This document shows, piece by piece, positions 35,698 through 46,962 of a DNA stretch of 64,000 nucleotides. Source of the DNA: Parcubacteria group bacterium LiPW_41. GTDB lineage: Bacteria; Patescibacteriota; Minisyncoccia; UBA6257; GWB1-50-10. The notes under the pieces were generated by a model. It ran no database searches. It was given only the letters and a program-made list of their open reading frames with translations, and was not told the origin of the DNA. Each line of letters begins with the position of its first letter. Position 1 is the first letter of the stretch. The position numbers were made by a program, and so were the translations under genes. The stretch lies in contig VMEM01000002.1 of assembly GCA_007375535.1 (NCBI GenBank), positions 20,265 to 84,264 of the forward strand, written 5' to 3'.

Positions 35698-36299
35698 TGA
35701 AATACCCGATTACAAAGAGAATATTTGATATTATTGGTGCTTTGTGTGGAGTTATTTTTATTATTCCATTTCTCCCGTTTATTATATTGGCAATTTTCAT
35801 TGAGGATGGATTTCCGATAATAGTGAAACTTGATCGCATAAGTGAGGGTAAGATTATAAAAGTGTATAAATTTCGCTCGATGATTCGTGGTGCGCACGCC
35901 ATGAAATCTGAATTGATGCAAAAAAATGAACGAAATGATGGGCCACTTTTTAAAATGAAGAATGATCCCCGCCTAACAAAAGTAGGAAGATTTTTAAGGG
36001 CGTTGCGAGTAGACGAGTTTCCACAGTTTTTAAATGTTTTGAGGGGGGAGTTGGCACTTGTTGGTCCTCGTCCACACGAACCTGGGGAGATTGCCCAATA
36101 TCCAGATGAGTTTAAACATATTCAGTATGCACGTGCAGGTCTTACAGGACTGTCTCAGGTTTCGGGAGCTTCGTCACTTTCGTTTATGAAGGAACTAGAA
36201 CTTGATAGTTATTATATTAAACATTCTTCGTTGTGGTTTGATATAACAATTCTTTGGAAAACAGTGTGGGTTTTCTTCTCTGATCCTACAGGAGTATAA
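35697..36299 (+). CDS. bacterial sugar transferase (polyprenyl-phosphate hexose-1-phosphate transferase family)
   Basis: N-terminal TM; YKFRSM, DGPLFKMKNDPRLT and the C-terminal catalytic block DEFPQFLNVLRGELALVGPRP. Confidence 0.8.
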   Translation: MKYPITKRIFDIIGALCGVIFIIPFLPFIILAIFIEDGFPIIVKLDRISEGKIIKVYKFRSMIRGAHAMKSELMQKNERNDGPLFKMKNDPRLTKVGRFLRALRVDEFPQFLNVLRGELALVGPRPHEPGEIAQYPDEFKHIQYARAGLTGLSQVSGASSLSFMKELELDSYYIKHSSLWFDITILWKTVWVFFSDPTGV

Positions 36300-36322
36300 A
36301 AACCCCCCGAAGGGGGTTTTTG
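36299..36322. terminator. bidirectional rho-independent terminator
   Basis: aaaacccccc-gaag-ggggtttttg. Confidence 0.75.
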
Positions 36323-36352
36323 AATTTCGAATGATGAATTTCGAAGTTTAAT

Positions 36353-36643
36353 TTATTCTTCTTTCTTTTTCTTTACCACTTTTGTTGGTGTTGCTTTTGG
36401 TTTCTTCACACGTGGTTTCTTTTCTTTCTTTACTACCGTTTTTGCTTTTGTAGTACGTGAGCGGAAACGTTCTACGCGTCCTGCGGTGTCTACCAACTGC
36501 TGTTTGCCAGTGTAGTAAGGATGACATTTTGCACAAATATCAACTACTAATTCTTTTCGGGTTGAACCAACAACAAACTCATTGCCACATGCGCAACGAA
36601 CTTTTGCATCGGGATAATATGTTGGATGGATATCCTTTTTCAT
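36353..36643 (-). CDS. rpmE: 50S ribosomal protein L31 with a K-rich C-terminal extension
   Basis: [10 protein letters not shown]...CACGNEF...[12 protein letters not shown] (Zn-ribbon type A), plus a ~35-aa tail [32 protein letters not shown]. Confidence 0.85.
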   Translation of the reverse strand: MKKDIHPTYYPDAKVRCACGNEFVVGSTRKELVVDICAKCHPYYTGKQQLVDTAGRVERFRSRTTKAKTVVKKEKKPRVKKPKATPTKVVKKKKEE

Positions 36644-36702
36644 AACTTCCTAATAATACAAATAAATACAAGAAAAGCAAGTATTGTTCTATAATTAATA
36701 AT

Positions 36703-36879
36703 ATGTGTAATAAAAAAGAGGGAATGTGCGGGGGTGCCTATGGACTTGCAGTTGTTGGGGCGGCAGTCTATTACATCCAACAATCTGATACGTTTTGGAT
36801 GGGAGTTCTTGGTGTTTTGAAGGCAATTGTGTGGCCTGCCATGATCATGTATAAGACCATGGGGTTGCTTGCAATGTAG
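36703..36879 (+). CDS. small membrane protein, 58 aa (hypothetical)
   Basis: MCNKKEGMCGGAYGLAVVGAAVYYIQ...AIVWPAMIMYKTMGLLAM, with two hydrophobic helices. It falls below the six-frame size cutoff. A terminator follows. Confidence 0.35.
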   Translation: MCNKKEGMCGGAYGLAVVGAAVYYIQQSDTFWMGVLGVLKAIVWPAMIMYKTMGLLAM

Positions 36880-36892
36880 ATTACATTTAATT

Positions 36893-36924
36893 AAAAAAAG
36901 ACCGCATTCTTGCGGTCTTTATTA
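36893..36924. terminator. bidirectional rho-independent terminator
   Basis: aaaaaagaccgca-ttct-tgcggtcttt. Confidence 0.75.
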
Positions 36925-36926
36925 TA

Positions 36927-37229
36927 TTACTGAATAACAATCAATATATTTTTTCCATCATGGGTACCCCAATGTACTCCAGAGATTTCTTCTATTGTCT
37001 TGCTTCTCATCAGCTCTTCTAAAATAGTAAGAACCTTATTATTTTCTGGAAAATTTTTCTTAACATTTCCTACACCTATTGCTGGGTCTCCCTCTTTGTA
37101 AAGACTAAGTTGGTTTTTTAATTCTCCAAGAATTGGTGATACATTATTGAATTCTCCGTTAAGCGGAACAGCACAAGAAATGATTGTTTTTCCATCGAAT
37201 TCTGATACGTGAATTGATAATTTTTCCAT
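36927..37229 (-). CDS. hypothetical protein
   Basis: 100 aa, soluble, with no recognisable motif. Confidence 0.4.
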   Translation of the reverse strand: MEKLSIHVSEFDGKTIISCAVPLNGEFNNVSPILGELKNQLSLYKEGDPAIGVGNVKKNFPENNKVLTILEELMRSKTIEEISGVHWGTHDGKNILIVIQ

Positions 37230-37331
37230 TCTTTTTCTCCCGATTTTTATGATATAAAAAAACTGATTTTATACTACTCCTATGTCTAAATTGGTCAAAT
37301 TATTGCTGTGCTTATAGCTATTAGGGGACTC

Positions 37332-37359
37332 TTGACTTCTTTTTTGATTTCCCTATAAT
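37332..37359 (+). promoter_or_regulatory. candidate rRNA promoter (TTGACT, 16 nt, TATAAT)
   Basis: Consensus hexamers about 300 nt upstream of the 16S 5' end. Confidence 0.5.
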
Positions 37360-37659
37360 GTGGAAGCTGCATAAAGGTGCGGTTTTTATATGCCTTTTGT
37401 GGCGTTCCTTACAAGATAAATATCCACTTGTAAATAAGTGCGAAATAAATAAATTCGAAAATTCAATAAATAAATTGAATGGAAACAAACAAGTACATTT
37501 TTTGGATCAAACATTTTAAATCTGGGATTTAAAATAAATTAAGAAAATTTGAGTATTTTCTTGGTTGTCCCTATTAGAGCAAAGATGAGAGAAGCAATAC
37601 GTGCATGAAGGCAGAAATGCATCTGCAGTCATGCACGAAGACCTTTCTTCACACTTACT

Positions 37660-39150
<1,491 letters not shown>

Positions 39151-39391
39151 ACACTTAAGTCGTAAAAAACTTTAATTTTTTAAAATGATGTGTATAACAG
39201 TTCGCTGTACGCGATCAATCGAGTAATCGAGGAAATCAACGCAGAAGGAATGATGCATACTATCGAGAGGTGTTAGCCGATAAACCTCAAATATGTCTCG
39301 GCTACGAATATGGTAAATGTCTAATTGGTTTATTATGTTCGGTGGGACGACCAAGAAAGTACTTGAAATGAATTTATTTTTATCTTTAATA

Positions 39392-39428
39392 AAAAACCCC
39401 GCCAGTCTATGGACTAGCGGGGTTTTTG
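39392..39428 (+). terminator. rho-independent terminator downstream of the 16S gene
   Basis: aaaaaaccccgccagtc-tat-ggactagcggggtttttg. Confidence 0.7.
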
Positions 39429-39471
39429 TTTATAGAAATTATCTTTATATAGTGCTATACTATGAACAAAT

Positions 39472-39861
39472 ATGGCTGGAAAAACGATACTTATTGTAGA
39501 AGACGAATCTTTGCTTGGAAATTTATTGAAACAGAGGTTGGAACATGAAGGATTTACTGTAATTTGGTGTAAAGATGGAGAAGAGGCGGTTAATGTACTC
39601 CGATCAAAAAAACCTGATCTTATTTTGCTTGATCTTATTTTGCCAAAAATCTCTGGATTTGAATTATTGGAGACAATGCAAGCAGATCCTCAACTTGAGC
39701 GCGCTCCTGTTATTATTACCTCAAATCTTGGACAAGACAGCGATGTTGCTCGTGGGCAATCACTTGGTGCGATTGAATATTTTGTAAAAGCAAAAGTTTC
39801 AATTGAAGAATTAGTTGATCACGTAAAAACAATGGTCGCAAATTTGCCAGTAAATTCATAA
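39472..39861 (+). CDS. single-domain response regulator (CheY/PilH-like receiver)
   Basis: ILIVEDE...DLILLDLILP...K with the conserved D-D-D-K positions and no output domain. It lies adjacent to the pilus genes. Confidence 0.75.
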   Translation: MAGKTILIVEDESLLGNLLKQRLEHEGFTVIWCKDGEEAVNVLRSKKPDLILLDLILPKISGFELLETMQADPQLERAPVIITSNLGQDSDVARGQSLGAIEYFVKAKVSIEELVDHVKTMVANLPVNS

Positions 39862-39879
39862 ATTTGTTATTATAGTCAG

Positions 39880-40473
39880 ATGAAACGTGGTTTCACTCTT
39901 ATTGAACTCCTAGTAGTAATAGCTATATTAGCAATTCTCGCTACTGTTATCGTTGTTATCATCAACCCTGGTGAACTATTAAAGCAAGCACGAGACACTA
40001 CTCGTATTTCTGATCTTGCAGCAATAAACAGTGCAATAGCATTGTATCTATCGGATGTAACTACCCCATATTTGAAAAATGGTGCTGCCTGTACTGCAGG
40101 AACACACTATGGAACTGTTGTGCCTTCTCCAGCTACATCAACTCCATTTGCTGTTGCAGGAAGTGTTGCTGCTGCGACCGGTGTAACAACTTCAGTTTCT
40201 GGAGCTGGTTGGGTAAGTGTTAACTTCACTTCGATCTCATCAGGTTCTCCTCTTGCTCGTCTTCCAATGGATCCACAAAATACTCAGACTTATTACTATG
40301 CCTATGGATGTGGAACTGGAACATTAAATGGCGATCTTAGTTACGAAGTGAATGCAAAAATGGAGAGTACGAAGTATGGAAGTTCATCAAGTACTGCAAA
40401 CGTTGTCTCAAATGTAAAAGATGGTGGAGACAATGCAACGTGGTACGAAATTGGAAACAATCTAACTCAGTAG
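39880..40473 (+). CDS. type IV pilin (prepilin N-terminal methylation/cleavage motif), paralog A
   Basis: MKRGFTLIELLVVIAILAILA is a class III signal (G|FTLIEL, Glu5). The C-terminus has a Cys pair. Confidence 0.8.
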   Translation: MKRGFTLIELLVVIAILAILATVIVVIINPGELLKQARDTTRISDLAAINSAIALYLSDVTTPYLKNGAACTAGTHYGTVVPSPATSTPFAVAGSVAAATGVTTSVSGAGWVSVNFTSISSGSPLARLPMDPQNTQTYYYAYGCGTGTLNGDLSYEVNAKMESTKYGSSSSTANVVSNVKDGGDNATWYEIGNNLTQ

Positions 40474-40524
40474 ATTTGTATAAAAAGGTCTGTCTGATAT
40501 AATAAACAAAAGTTTAAATAAACT

Positions 40525-41109
40525 ATGAAAAAAGGTTTTACCCTCATTGAATTGCTTGTTGTTATTGCGATCCTTGCAATTCTCGCTACTGTTATCGTCG
40601 TTATCATCAACCCTGGTGAATTGTTAAAGCAAGCACGAGACACTACTCGTATCTCTGATCTTGCAGCAATAAACAGTGCAATTGCATTGTATCTATCAGA
40701 TGTAACTACCCCATATTTGAAAAATGGTGCTGCCTGTACTGCAGGAACGCACTATGGAACAGTGGCAGTTTCTACATCGACTCCATTTGCTGTTGCGGGA
40801 AACGTTCTTGCTGCGACCGGTGTAACAACTTCAGTTTCTGGAGCTGGTTGGGTAAGTGTTAACTTCACCTCGATCTCATCAGGTTCTCCTCTTGCTCGTC
40901 TTCCAATGGATCCACAAAATACCACCACATATTACTATGCCTATGGATGTGGAACTGGAACATTAAATGGCGATCTTAGTTATGAAGTGAATGCAAAGAT
41001 GGAGAGTACAAAGTATAGCGCGGGTGGAGGAGGAGATGTTGTCTCAAATGTAAAAGATGGTGGAGACAATGCAACGTGGTACGAAATTGGAAACAATCTA
41101 ACTCAGTAA
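40525..41109 (+). CDS. type IV pilin, paralog B (about 93% identical to A)
   Basis: Same leader and about 80 identical N-terminal residues. It differs in two short patches (PSPATSTP/SSSSTAN versus AVSTST/AGGGGD). Confidence 0.8.
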   Translation: MKKGFTLIELLVVIAILAILATVIVVIINPGELLKQARDTTRISDLAAINSAIALYLSDVTTPYLKNGAACTAGTHYGTVAVSTSTPFAVAGNVLAATGVTTSVSGAGWVSVNFTSISSGSPLARLPMDPQNTTTYYYAYGCGTGTLNGDLSYEVNAKMESTKYSAGGGGDVVSNVKDGGDNATWYEIGNNLTQ

Positions 41110-41111
41110 AA

Positions 41112-41138
41112 AAGAAAAACTCCTTCGGGAGTTTTTTA
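41112..41138 (+). terminator. rho-independent terminator
   Basis: aaactcc-ttcg-ggagtttttt. Confidence 0.7.
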
Positions 41139-41189
41139 ATACATGATTCAAATTATAAAAGTAAGAAAAATGTATGGTAGAATTATAAA

Positions 41190-41285
41190 GAAGTGCAAAG
41201 TGCAAACTTCAAAGTGCAAAAGTTAAACTAAAAGCGTTTTAACTTCATTTTTGAGATTTGCGTTTTGAGATTTGAATTTGTTACA
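41190..41285 (+). promoter_or_regulatory. direct-repeat cluster upstream of pilB (candidate regulator binding sites)
   Basis: Three copies of agtgcaaa (aagtgcaaagtgcaaacttcaaagtgcaaaag), two copies of ttttgagatttg, and the hairpin agttaaa...tttaact. Confidence 0.35.
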
Positions 41286-41287
41286 TA

Positions 41288-43006
41288 ATGATTAATCTAC
41301 CAGGAGAAAAATTAAGAGAATTATTGCTCCGTGCAGGAATTGTGAATACTGAGACATTCTCAGTTATTCAGGAAGAGGCAACGCGAAAACGGCAGAATTT
41401 GAGTGATCTTCTTATTTCTCAAGGGATTATAAATAAAGAATACCTTTTAATCCTCATCGCTCAATTTCTTGGGGTTGAGCGTATCAATCTTGGAGTAACC
41501 AAAATTGATGAAACGGTGCTTAATTTATTACCAGAAGATGTTGCTCGTAGGAGAAAGGTGATTGTATTTGGAAAGGAGCCAGATGGAAGATTTAAGGTTG
41601 CGATGGATGATCCAAGTGATTTGGAAACTATTGATTTTCTTTCATTAAAATTAGCAGGAAAGATAAAGCCATATCTTGCGACGGAAGAAGATTTAAATAG
41701 AGGATTCACTGCGTATGGGAAGAAAATCACGCAGGATTTTAAAAAAATAATTGAAGAAAGCGTTCGCGAATCCCTAAAGTCAAAAGCACGTGGAGATATT
41801 GCCACCCAAGGTGCTGAAGACCTTCCTATTGTTGCGGTAGTGGACAATCTTTTGTCATATGCAGTTTCGTCTCGTGCATCTGATGCTCATTTTGAAATTC
41901 TTGATGATTCAATTCTTGTTCGATTTCGTATTGATGGAATTTTACATGAAATTATTAGAATGCCAAAGGAAATTCATCCCGCGGTTATTGCTCGATTGAA
42001 AATTCTTTCGAGTTTGCGCGTTGATGAACATCGTGCACCACAAGATGGACGATTCAGATATAAAATTGGTGGCACCTCTGTTGATATTCGTGTTTCCATT
42101 CTCCCGACATTTTATGGCGAAAAAGTTGTTATGCGTATTTTGAGTGGAGCACAAAAACCAGTTTCACTTGCTGACCTTGGAGTATTTGAATCCGATATTC
42201 ATATCATTGAAGAAGCAATAAAAAAGACATATGGAATGGTGCTTGCGTGTGGGCCAACTGGATCAGGAAAAACAACAACATTGTATTCAATTTTGAATAT
42301 GTTGAATAAACCTGAGGTAAATATTATTACCGTTGAAGATCCAATTGAATATGACATGAGATATGTGAATCAGGTGCAGGTGAATAACGCCGCAGGAATC
42401 ACGTTTGCATCAGGGCTTCGTTCAATACTTCGTCAAGATCCAAATATTGTTATGGTGGGAGAAATTCGTGATGGTGAAACGGCAAACATTGCGGTTCAAG
42501 CTGCACTTACTGGGCACTTGGTATTGTCGTCTTTGCACACCAACGATGCACCAACAACTATTCCACGTTTTATTGATATGGGTGTTCCTCCGTTTCTTAT
42601 TTCTGCGGTGTTGAATACCGTCGTTGCACAACGTCTTGTGCGAAAAATTCACCTGAATTGTATTGAGTCATACGAACCAGATGAGGTGACACTTACTGCA
42701 ATACAACGCGAACTTCTTCTTTTGGGAGTTGATCCAAAAAGTATAAAGCTTCCAAAAACATTTTACCGTGGGAAAGGATGCAGTGGATGTAATTTTGTGG
42801 GAACTATCGGACGTATAGGAATTTATGAGGTATTAAATATTACTGAATCCATACGCAAACTTATTATGGATGGATCATTCAGTATGGATATGTTAAAAAT
42901 GCAAGCACAAAAAGAGGGGATGATAACAATGTTTGAAGACGGACTTCGAAAAGTAGAACGAGGAACAACAACGATTGAGGAGGTTATGCGCGTTATACGG
43001 GAATAA
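41288..43006 (+). CDS. pilB: type IV pilus assembly ATPase PilB (GspE family)
   Basis: N-terminal GSPII domains, Walker A GPTGSGKTTT, Asp box, His box, and a tetracysteine motif (CSGC...). Confidence 0.9.
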   Translation: MINLPGEKLRELLLRAGIVNTETFSVIQEEATRKRQNLSDLLISQGIINKEYLLILIAQFLGVERINLGVTKIDETVLNLLPEDVARRRKVIVFGKEPDGRFKVAMDDPSDLETIDFLSLKLAGKIKPYLATEEDLNRGFTAYGKKITQDFKKIIEESVRESLKSKARGDIATQGAEDLPIVAVVDNLLSYAVSSRASDAHFEILDDSILVRFRIDGILHEIIRMPKEIHPAVIARLKILSSLRVDEHRAPQDGRFRYKIGGTSVDIRVSILPTFYGEKVVMRILSGAQKPVSLADLGVFESDIHIIEEAIKKTYGMVLACGPTGSGKTTTLYSILNMLNKPEVNIITVEDPIEYDMRYVNQVQVNNAAGITFASGLRSILRQDPNIVMVGEIRDGETANIAVQAALTGHLVLSSLHTNDAPTTIPRFIDMGVPPFLISAVLNTVVAQRLVRKIHLNCIESYEPDEVTLTAIQRELLLLGVDPKSIKLPKTFYRGKGCSGCNFVGTIGRIGIYEVLNITESIRKLIMDGSFSMDMLKMQAQKEGMITMFEDGLRKVERGTTTIEEVMRVIRE

Positions 43007-43041
43007 GATCACAACAAATTTTTAGTGTAAAATAAAAAAGG

Positions 43042-44247
43042 ATGAAATTTCATTACATTGCATCACAACAAGATGGCCGGGTAATTGAGGGGGACGTGGA
43101 CGCGGTAAGCGTGCAGGCGGTACTTACGTATCTTTCAACAAATAATTTAAAGCCAGTAAGCGTTAAGATTATTGAAGAGCGAAAAAAAGAAATTGAGATT
43201 TTTAAAGCGCGAGTTACTATAACTGATCAGATATTTCTTACAAAATATCTTGCGTTGATGTTAAAAATCGGTACTGGTCTTTTGGAGGCAGTAAATATTC
43301 TTATCGCTGATTTTACGAAACAGGCAATCAGAGATATTTTATATGAGATTCGTTCTTCGCTTGAACAAGGACAACCATTTTATACAACGTTTGCCCGTCA
43401 CCCAAAGGTGTTTTCAAATGTATATACCAATCTTGTAAAAGCAGGGGAAGCGTCGGGAAATTTAGAAAAAATATTTCAGGACCTCACTATTGTTCTTACT
43501 AAAGAAAAAGAATTGCGCGACCAGATGAAGAGTGCTCTTGTGTATCCTGTGCTTCTTCTCATTGGTGCGGTGCTTATTCTTATGTTTTTGGTTATGTTTG
43601 CACTTCCAAAAATTGCAAAAGTGTTTATGGATTCAGGATTTGAGCCACCTGCATTTTCAAAAGCAGTATTTGCCGTTGGATTCTTTTTTGGAAAATTTGG
43701 TTTTTATTTTATTGGACTTGCGATTGTCGCCGGAATTGTTGGAGTTGTGTTCTATAGGAGTTCTATTTTCTTTCAAAGATTTATCAAAAATCTTTTTGCT
43801 GGACTCCCATTAATCAAGAATGTGGTGCACAAAATGGCGCTACAGCGATTTGCATCGACCCTTGCTTCTCTTATCAAAGCGGGCATGCCACTTACTGAAG
43901 CGTTGAAGATTACATCAGATGCAGTAGCAAACCAGGCGGTGGGAGATGCGTTAATTCGTATTGCAGATCAAGGACTTGCAAAAGGACTTACCATTGGTGA
44001 AGCGTTTCGTCGCGAACCAGTGTTTCCACAGACAATTTCAAATCTTGTAGCAATTTCTGAACGTGCAGGACACTTGGACGAAGTGTTGGAAACACTCGGA
44101 GAGTTCTATGCAAAAGAAATTGATTCTTCAATTAAGGAGCTTGTTTCATTCCTTGAACCAGCATTGTTGTTGTTTATTGGTGTGATCATTGGTGTCATTG
44201 CACTTGCAATTATTGTTCCAATTTATCAACTTACAACACAATTTTAA
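43042..44247 (+). CDS. pilC: type IV pilus platform protein PilC (GspF family)
   Basis: Two GspF repeats and three TM helices. Confidence 0.85.
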   Translation: MKFHYIASQQDGRVIEGDVDAVSVQAVLTYLSTNNLKPVSVKIIEERKKEIEIFKARVTITDQIFLTKYLALMLKIGTGLLEAVNILIADFTKQAIRDILYEIRSSLEQGQPFYTTFARHPKVFSNVYTNLVKAGEASGNLEKIFQDLTIVLTKEKELRDQMKSALVYPVLLLIGAVLILMFLVMFALPKIAKVFMDSGFEPPAFSKAVFAVGFFFGKFGFYFIGLAIVAGIVGVVFYRSSIFFQRFIKNLFAGLPLIKNVVHKMALQRFASTLASLIKAGMPLTEALKITSDAVANQAVGDALIRIADQGLAKGLTIGEAFRREPVFPQTISNLVAISERAGHLDEVLETLGEFYAKEIDSSIKELVSFLEPALLLFIGVIIGVIALAIIVPIYQLTTQF

Positions 44248-44296
44248 AAATTTTATAATTTTTAATTTCCAATTTTTAAACAAATCCAAAATTCTA

Positions 44297-45451
44297 ATGT
44301 TTAAAACATTACTTACAAAATTCAAAAATTACAAAATTCAAAAATTACCAGAACGTTTCGCACGTTCTGGTTTTACCATGATTGAGCTCATGGTGGTTAT
44401 TGCGATTGTGGTTTCTCTTTCTGTTACTTCTTTTATCGCGTTTTCAAACGTTTCAAGTTCTAAAGCGGTAAAAAATGGACTTGATGAAATGGAAGCATTA
44501 ATTACGGCGGCACGAAGAAAATCAATATCACAAGAAAATGGTGCTCGTTGGGGTGTACGAACGGAGAATACAACAACATCGAAACGCATGGTGTTGTTTA
44601 GTGGTGTGTCATATGCATCAGGAACTCCGTCGAACTATTATTCGTTAAAAAGAAATGTAGTGTTCACTAATCCTGTTGCTTCAACCACCTATGATGTTTT
44701 GTTTGATCCAATTACGGGGTTTCTTTCCGAAAAGAAAGTAATAACTGTTGCAACATTAAAAAGAGATGGAATTGTTGGTGATTTAGTATTAAACACTATT
44801 GGGGCAGTAACCAAACGATATGATTATGGGGTGGTGGGATATTGGCATTTTGATGAGGGAACAGGAACGATTGCCTATGATGCATCAGGAAGGGGAAATA
44901 ATGGGACACTTACTAATGGTCCTACGTGGCAGGTAAGTACAAATTGTAAAGCTGGGATGTGTTTGAATTTTGATGGAACTGATGATTATATTTCAACCTC
45001 TTCTATTCCAAATTTGACTAGTGAATTTAGTTTCTCTGTTTGGGCAAAAACTCCCATTTTACAAGATTCAACTTACGATACGATAATCTCAAAGTTTTCT
45101 TCGTCCCCATATAATGGTTGGTTTTTGAGGCATAGTCCAAATACTAATGCAATTTATTTTTCTTTTTATAATGCTGGATCTTCATATTCAGTTTCTACTT
45201 CTGCACTTACCGCAAACACCTGGATTCATTATGTGGGTACCTTTGATGGGTCAAATATGAAACTCTATACTAATGGTCTTTTGTCTGGTACTCAGGTTGG
45301 GTCTGTTGGATCTGCAACAACAAATTTTGCTATTGGTGGTAATTACGGGGGACCATCAGAAACCTGGAATGGTTCTATAGACGAGGTTCGTGTTTATAAT
45401 CGTGCATTGTCTGCAAGTGAGATTTTAGCGATGTATAATGACCTTAAGTAA
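44297..45451 (+). CDS. minor pilin-like protein: long leader, prepilin motif and a C-terminal LamG/ConA-like jelly-roll
   Basis: The 25-aa K/I-rich leader ends ...RSG|FTMIELMVVIAIV. The C-terminus carries WHFDEGTGTIAYDASGRGNNGTL...LNFDGTDDYIS...IDEVRVYNRALSASEI, a LamG-like pattern. Confidence 0.7.
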   Translation: MFKTLLTKFKNYKIQKLPERFARSGFTMIELMVVIAIVVSLSVTSFIAFSNVSSSKAVKNGLDEMEALITAARRKSISQENGARWGVRTENTTTSKRMVLFSGVSYASGTPSNYYSLKRNVVFTNPVASTTYDVLFDPITGFLSEKKVITVATLKRDGIVGDLVLNTIGAVTKRYDYGVVGYWHFDEGTGTIAYDASGRGNNGTLTNGPTWQVSTNCKAGMCLNFDGTDDYISTSSIPNLTSEFSFSVWAKTPILQDSTYDTIISKFSSSPYNGWFLRHSPNTNAIYFSFYNAGSSYSVSTSALTANTWIHYVGTFDGSNMKLYTNGLLSGTQVGSVGSATTNFAIGGNYGGPSETWNGSIDEVRVYNRALSASEILAMYNDLK

Positions 45452-45560
45452 ATTTCAATTTACAAATTTCAAATTTCAATTTAATTTTCCAATGACCCAA
45501 TTTCAAAATTTATTCATTTATGCATTCATTTAAAATTTTAAATTTAAAACTTAAAATTCT
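45452..45560 (+). repeat. ~105 bp AT-rich repeat element, copy 1 (overlaps the start of the gene at 45520)
   Basis: atttcaatttacaaatttcaaatttcaatttaatt..ccaatgacccaattt..aaaattt..aaatttaaaacttaaaatt; shared by copies 2 and 3. Confidence 0.6.
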
Positions 45561-46833
45561 TCTGCAAAGCAGAAGTGGTCAATCTTTGGCGGAAGTAATG
45601 ATTGGTCTTGCGATTGGTGCAATCTTGATTGGTGCTGCCTCGTTTGCAATTACCACTACACTGAAAACAAATCTAACTACTCAGCGTTCACAGTTTGCAG
45701 CAAATGCTGCGCAAGAAACAATTGAGCGTGTTCGTGCGTTCGCATCTTCTGATTGGCAAAATATTTATGGACTTACAAAAGGGTCATCAACGCAATATTA
45801 TTTTGTTGCGACAGGAACACAGTTTTTTGTAAATCAAGGAAAGGAGGGAGTTGTAGAGAATGATATTCGTAGTGGCTTGGTTGGTCAGTGGGGATTTGAC
45901 GAGGCCACAGGAACGGTTGCGTATGATATGACGGGGAATAGGAATAATACAAATTTTTCTGGTAGCATTGTTCGTGCTACAACAACATGTAAAATTGGTA
46001 ATTGTGTTGGGCTTGATGGAGCTAGTGATTCTTATATAAGTAGTAGTAATAATATGTCACCGACCTCAAGTCAGACATATTCCATATGGATTAAACCTAA
46101 TGTTTTGAGTGGTTTGGTTGGTATCTTTACGACACATAACTATGTCTTAACATCAAATATTGGGATAAATTTAACGAATGATAGATTATCCATATCTATT
46201 GGATATACAGATGGGACAAGAGAATTCAGCACAAAATTAAGTAATTTTTTGTTATCGACAAATAGTTGGACTCACGTTGTTCTTATATATAACGCTACAG
46301 ATAATTCTGTTAGTTTTTATGTAAACGGTACGTATGATAGTAGGTGGGCGTTAGCAAAGACTGTCAAATTTACCTCAGAGAAAGTACTTTTTGGTCAGTG
46401 GTCATATGTATATTTAGGCAACTACAGATTTAATGGATCTATTGATGACGCTCGTATTTATAATCGTGCACTTTCTGCTGATGAGGTGAAACAGCTTTAT
46501 AACAGTGCAACATATACTCGTTATTTTTATGTTGAAAATGGATGCAGGACAAATGATGCGTCGAGTACATATTCCGGGGTTAGTCCTTGTGGTGGTGGAT
46601 CTGTTGATGATCCATCAAGTCAGAAAATAAGTTCTGTTGTTCAATGGGGAACAGGAGGAACTGGACAGATTATACTTGCAGATATTTTGACACGATGGAA
46701 AAATGCGATCTTTCAACAAAGTGATTGGTCGGGAGGAGTTTCAGAAAATGTATTAATCAATTCAGGAACGACATTTGCGTCTTCATCAAACGTAAACTCT
46801 GGAGGAGGAAGCCTAAGAATCAACGGACTCTAG
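45520..46833 (+). CDS. minor pilin-like protein 2: long leader, prepilin-like motif and LamG-like domain
   Basis: ...QSRSG|QSLAEVMIGLAIGAILIGA (Glu at +5); then WGFDEATGTVAYDMTGNRNN...GLDGASDSYIS...IDDARIYNRALSADEV. Confidence 0.6.
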   Translation: MHSFKILNLKLKILLQSRSGQSLAEVMIGLAIGAILIGAASFAITTTLKTNLTTQRSQFAANAAQETIERVRAFASSDWQNIYGLTKGSSTQYYFVATGTQFFVNQGKEGVVENDIRSGLVGQWGFDEATGTVAYDMTGNRNNTNFSGSIVRATTTCKIGNCVGLDGASDSYISSSNNMSPTSSQTYSIWIKPNVLSGLVGIFTTHNYVLTSNIGINLTNDRLSISIGYTDGTREFSTKLSNFLLSTNSWTHVVLIYNATDNSVSFYVNGTYDSRWALAKTVKFTSEKVLFGQWSYVYLGNYRFNGSIDDARIYNRALSADEVKQLYNSATYTRYFYVENGCRTNDASSTYSGVSPCGGGSVDDPSSQKISSVVQWGTGGTGQIILADILTRWKNAIFQQSDWSGGVSENVLINSGTTFASSSNVNSGGGSLRINGL

Positions 46834-46962
46834 ACAATTTTAATTTACAAATTTTAAATTTCAATTTAATGCTTCAATGACTCAATTTTAAAATTTATTC
46901 ACTTAGAAATTCAATTAAAATTTGAAATTTAAAACTTAGAATTTATCAGGTATAATGAATCT
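46834..46962 (+). repeat. ~105 bp AT-rich repeat element, copy 2, ending in GGTATAAT 6 nt before the ATG
   Basis: See copy 1. The terminal ggtataat-gaatct-ATG indicates a promoter for a leaderless transcript. Confidence 0.6.
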
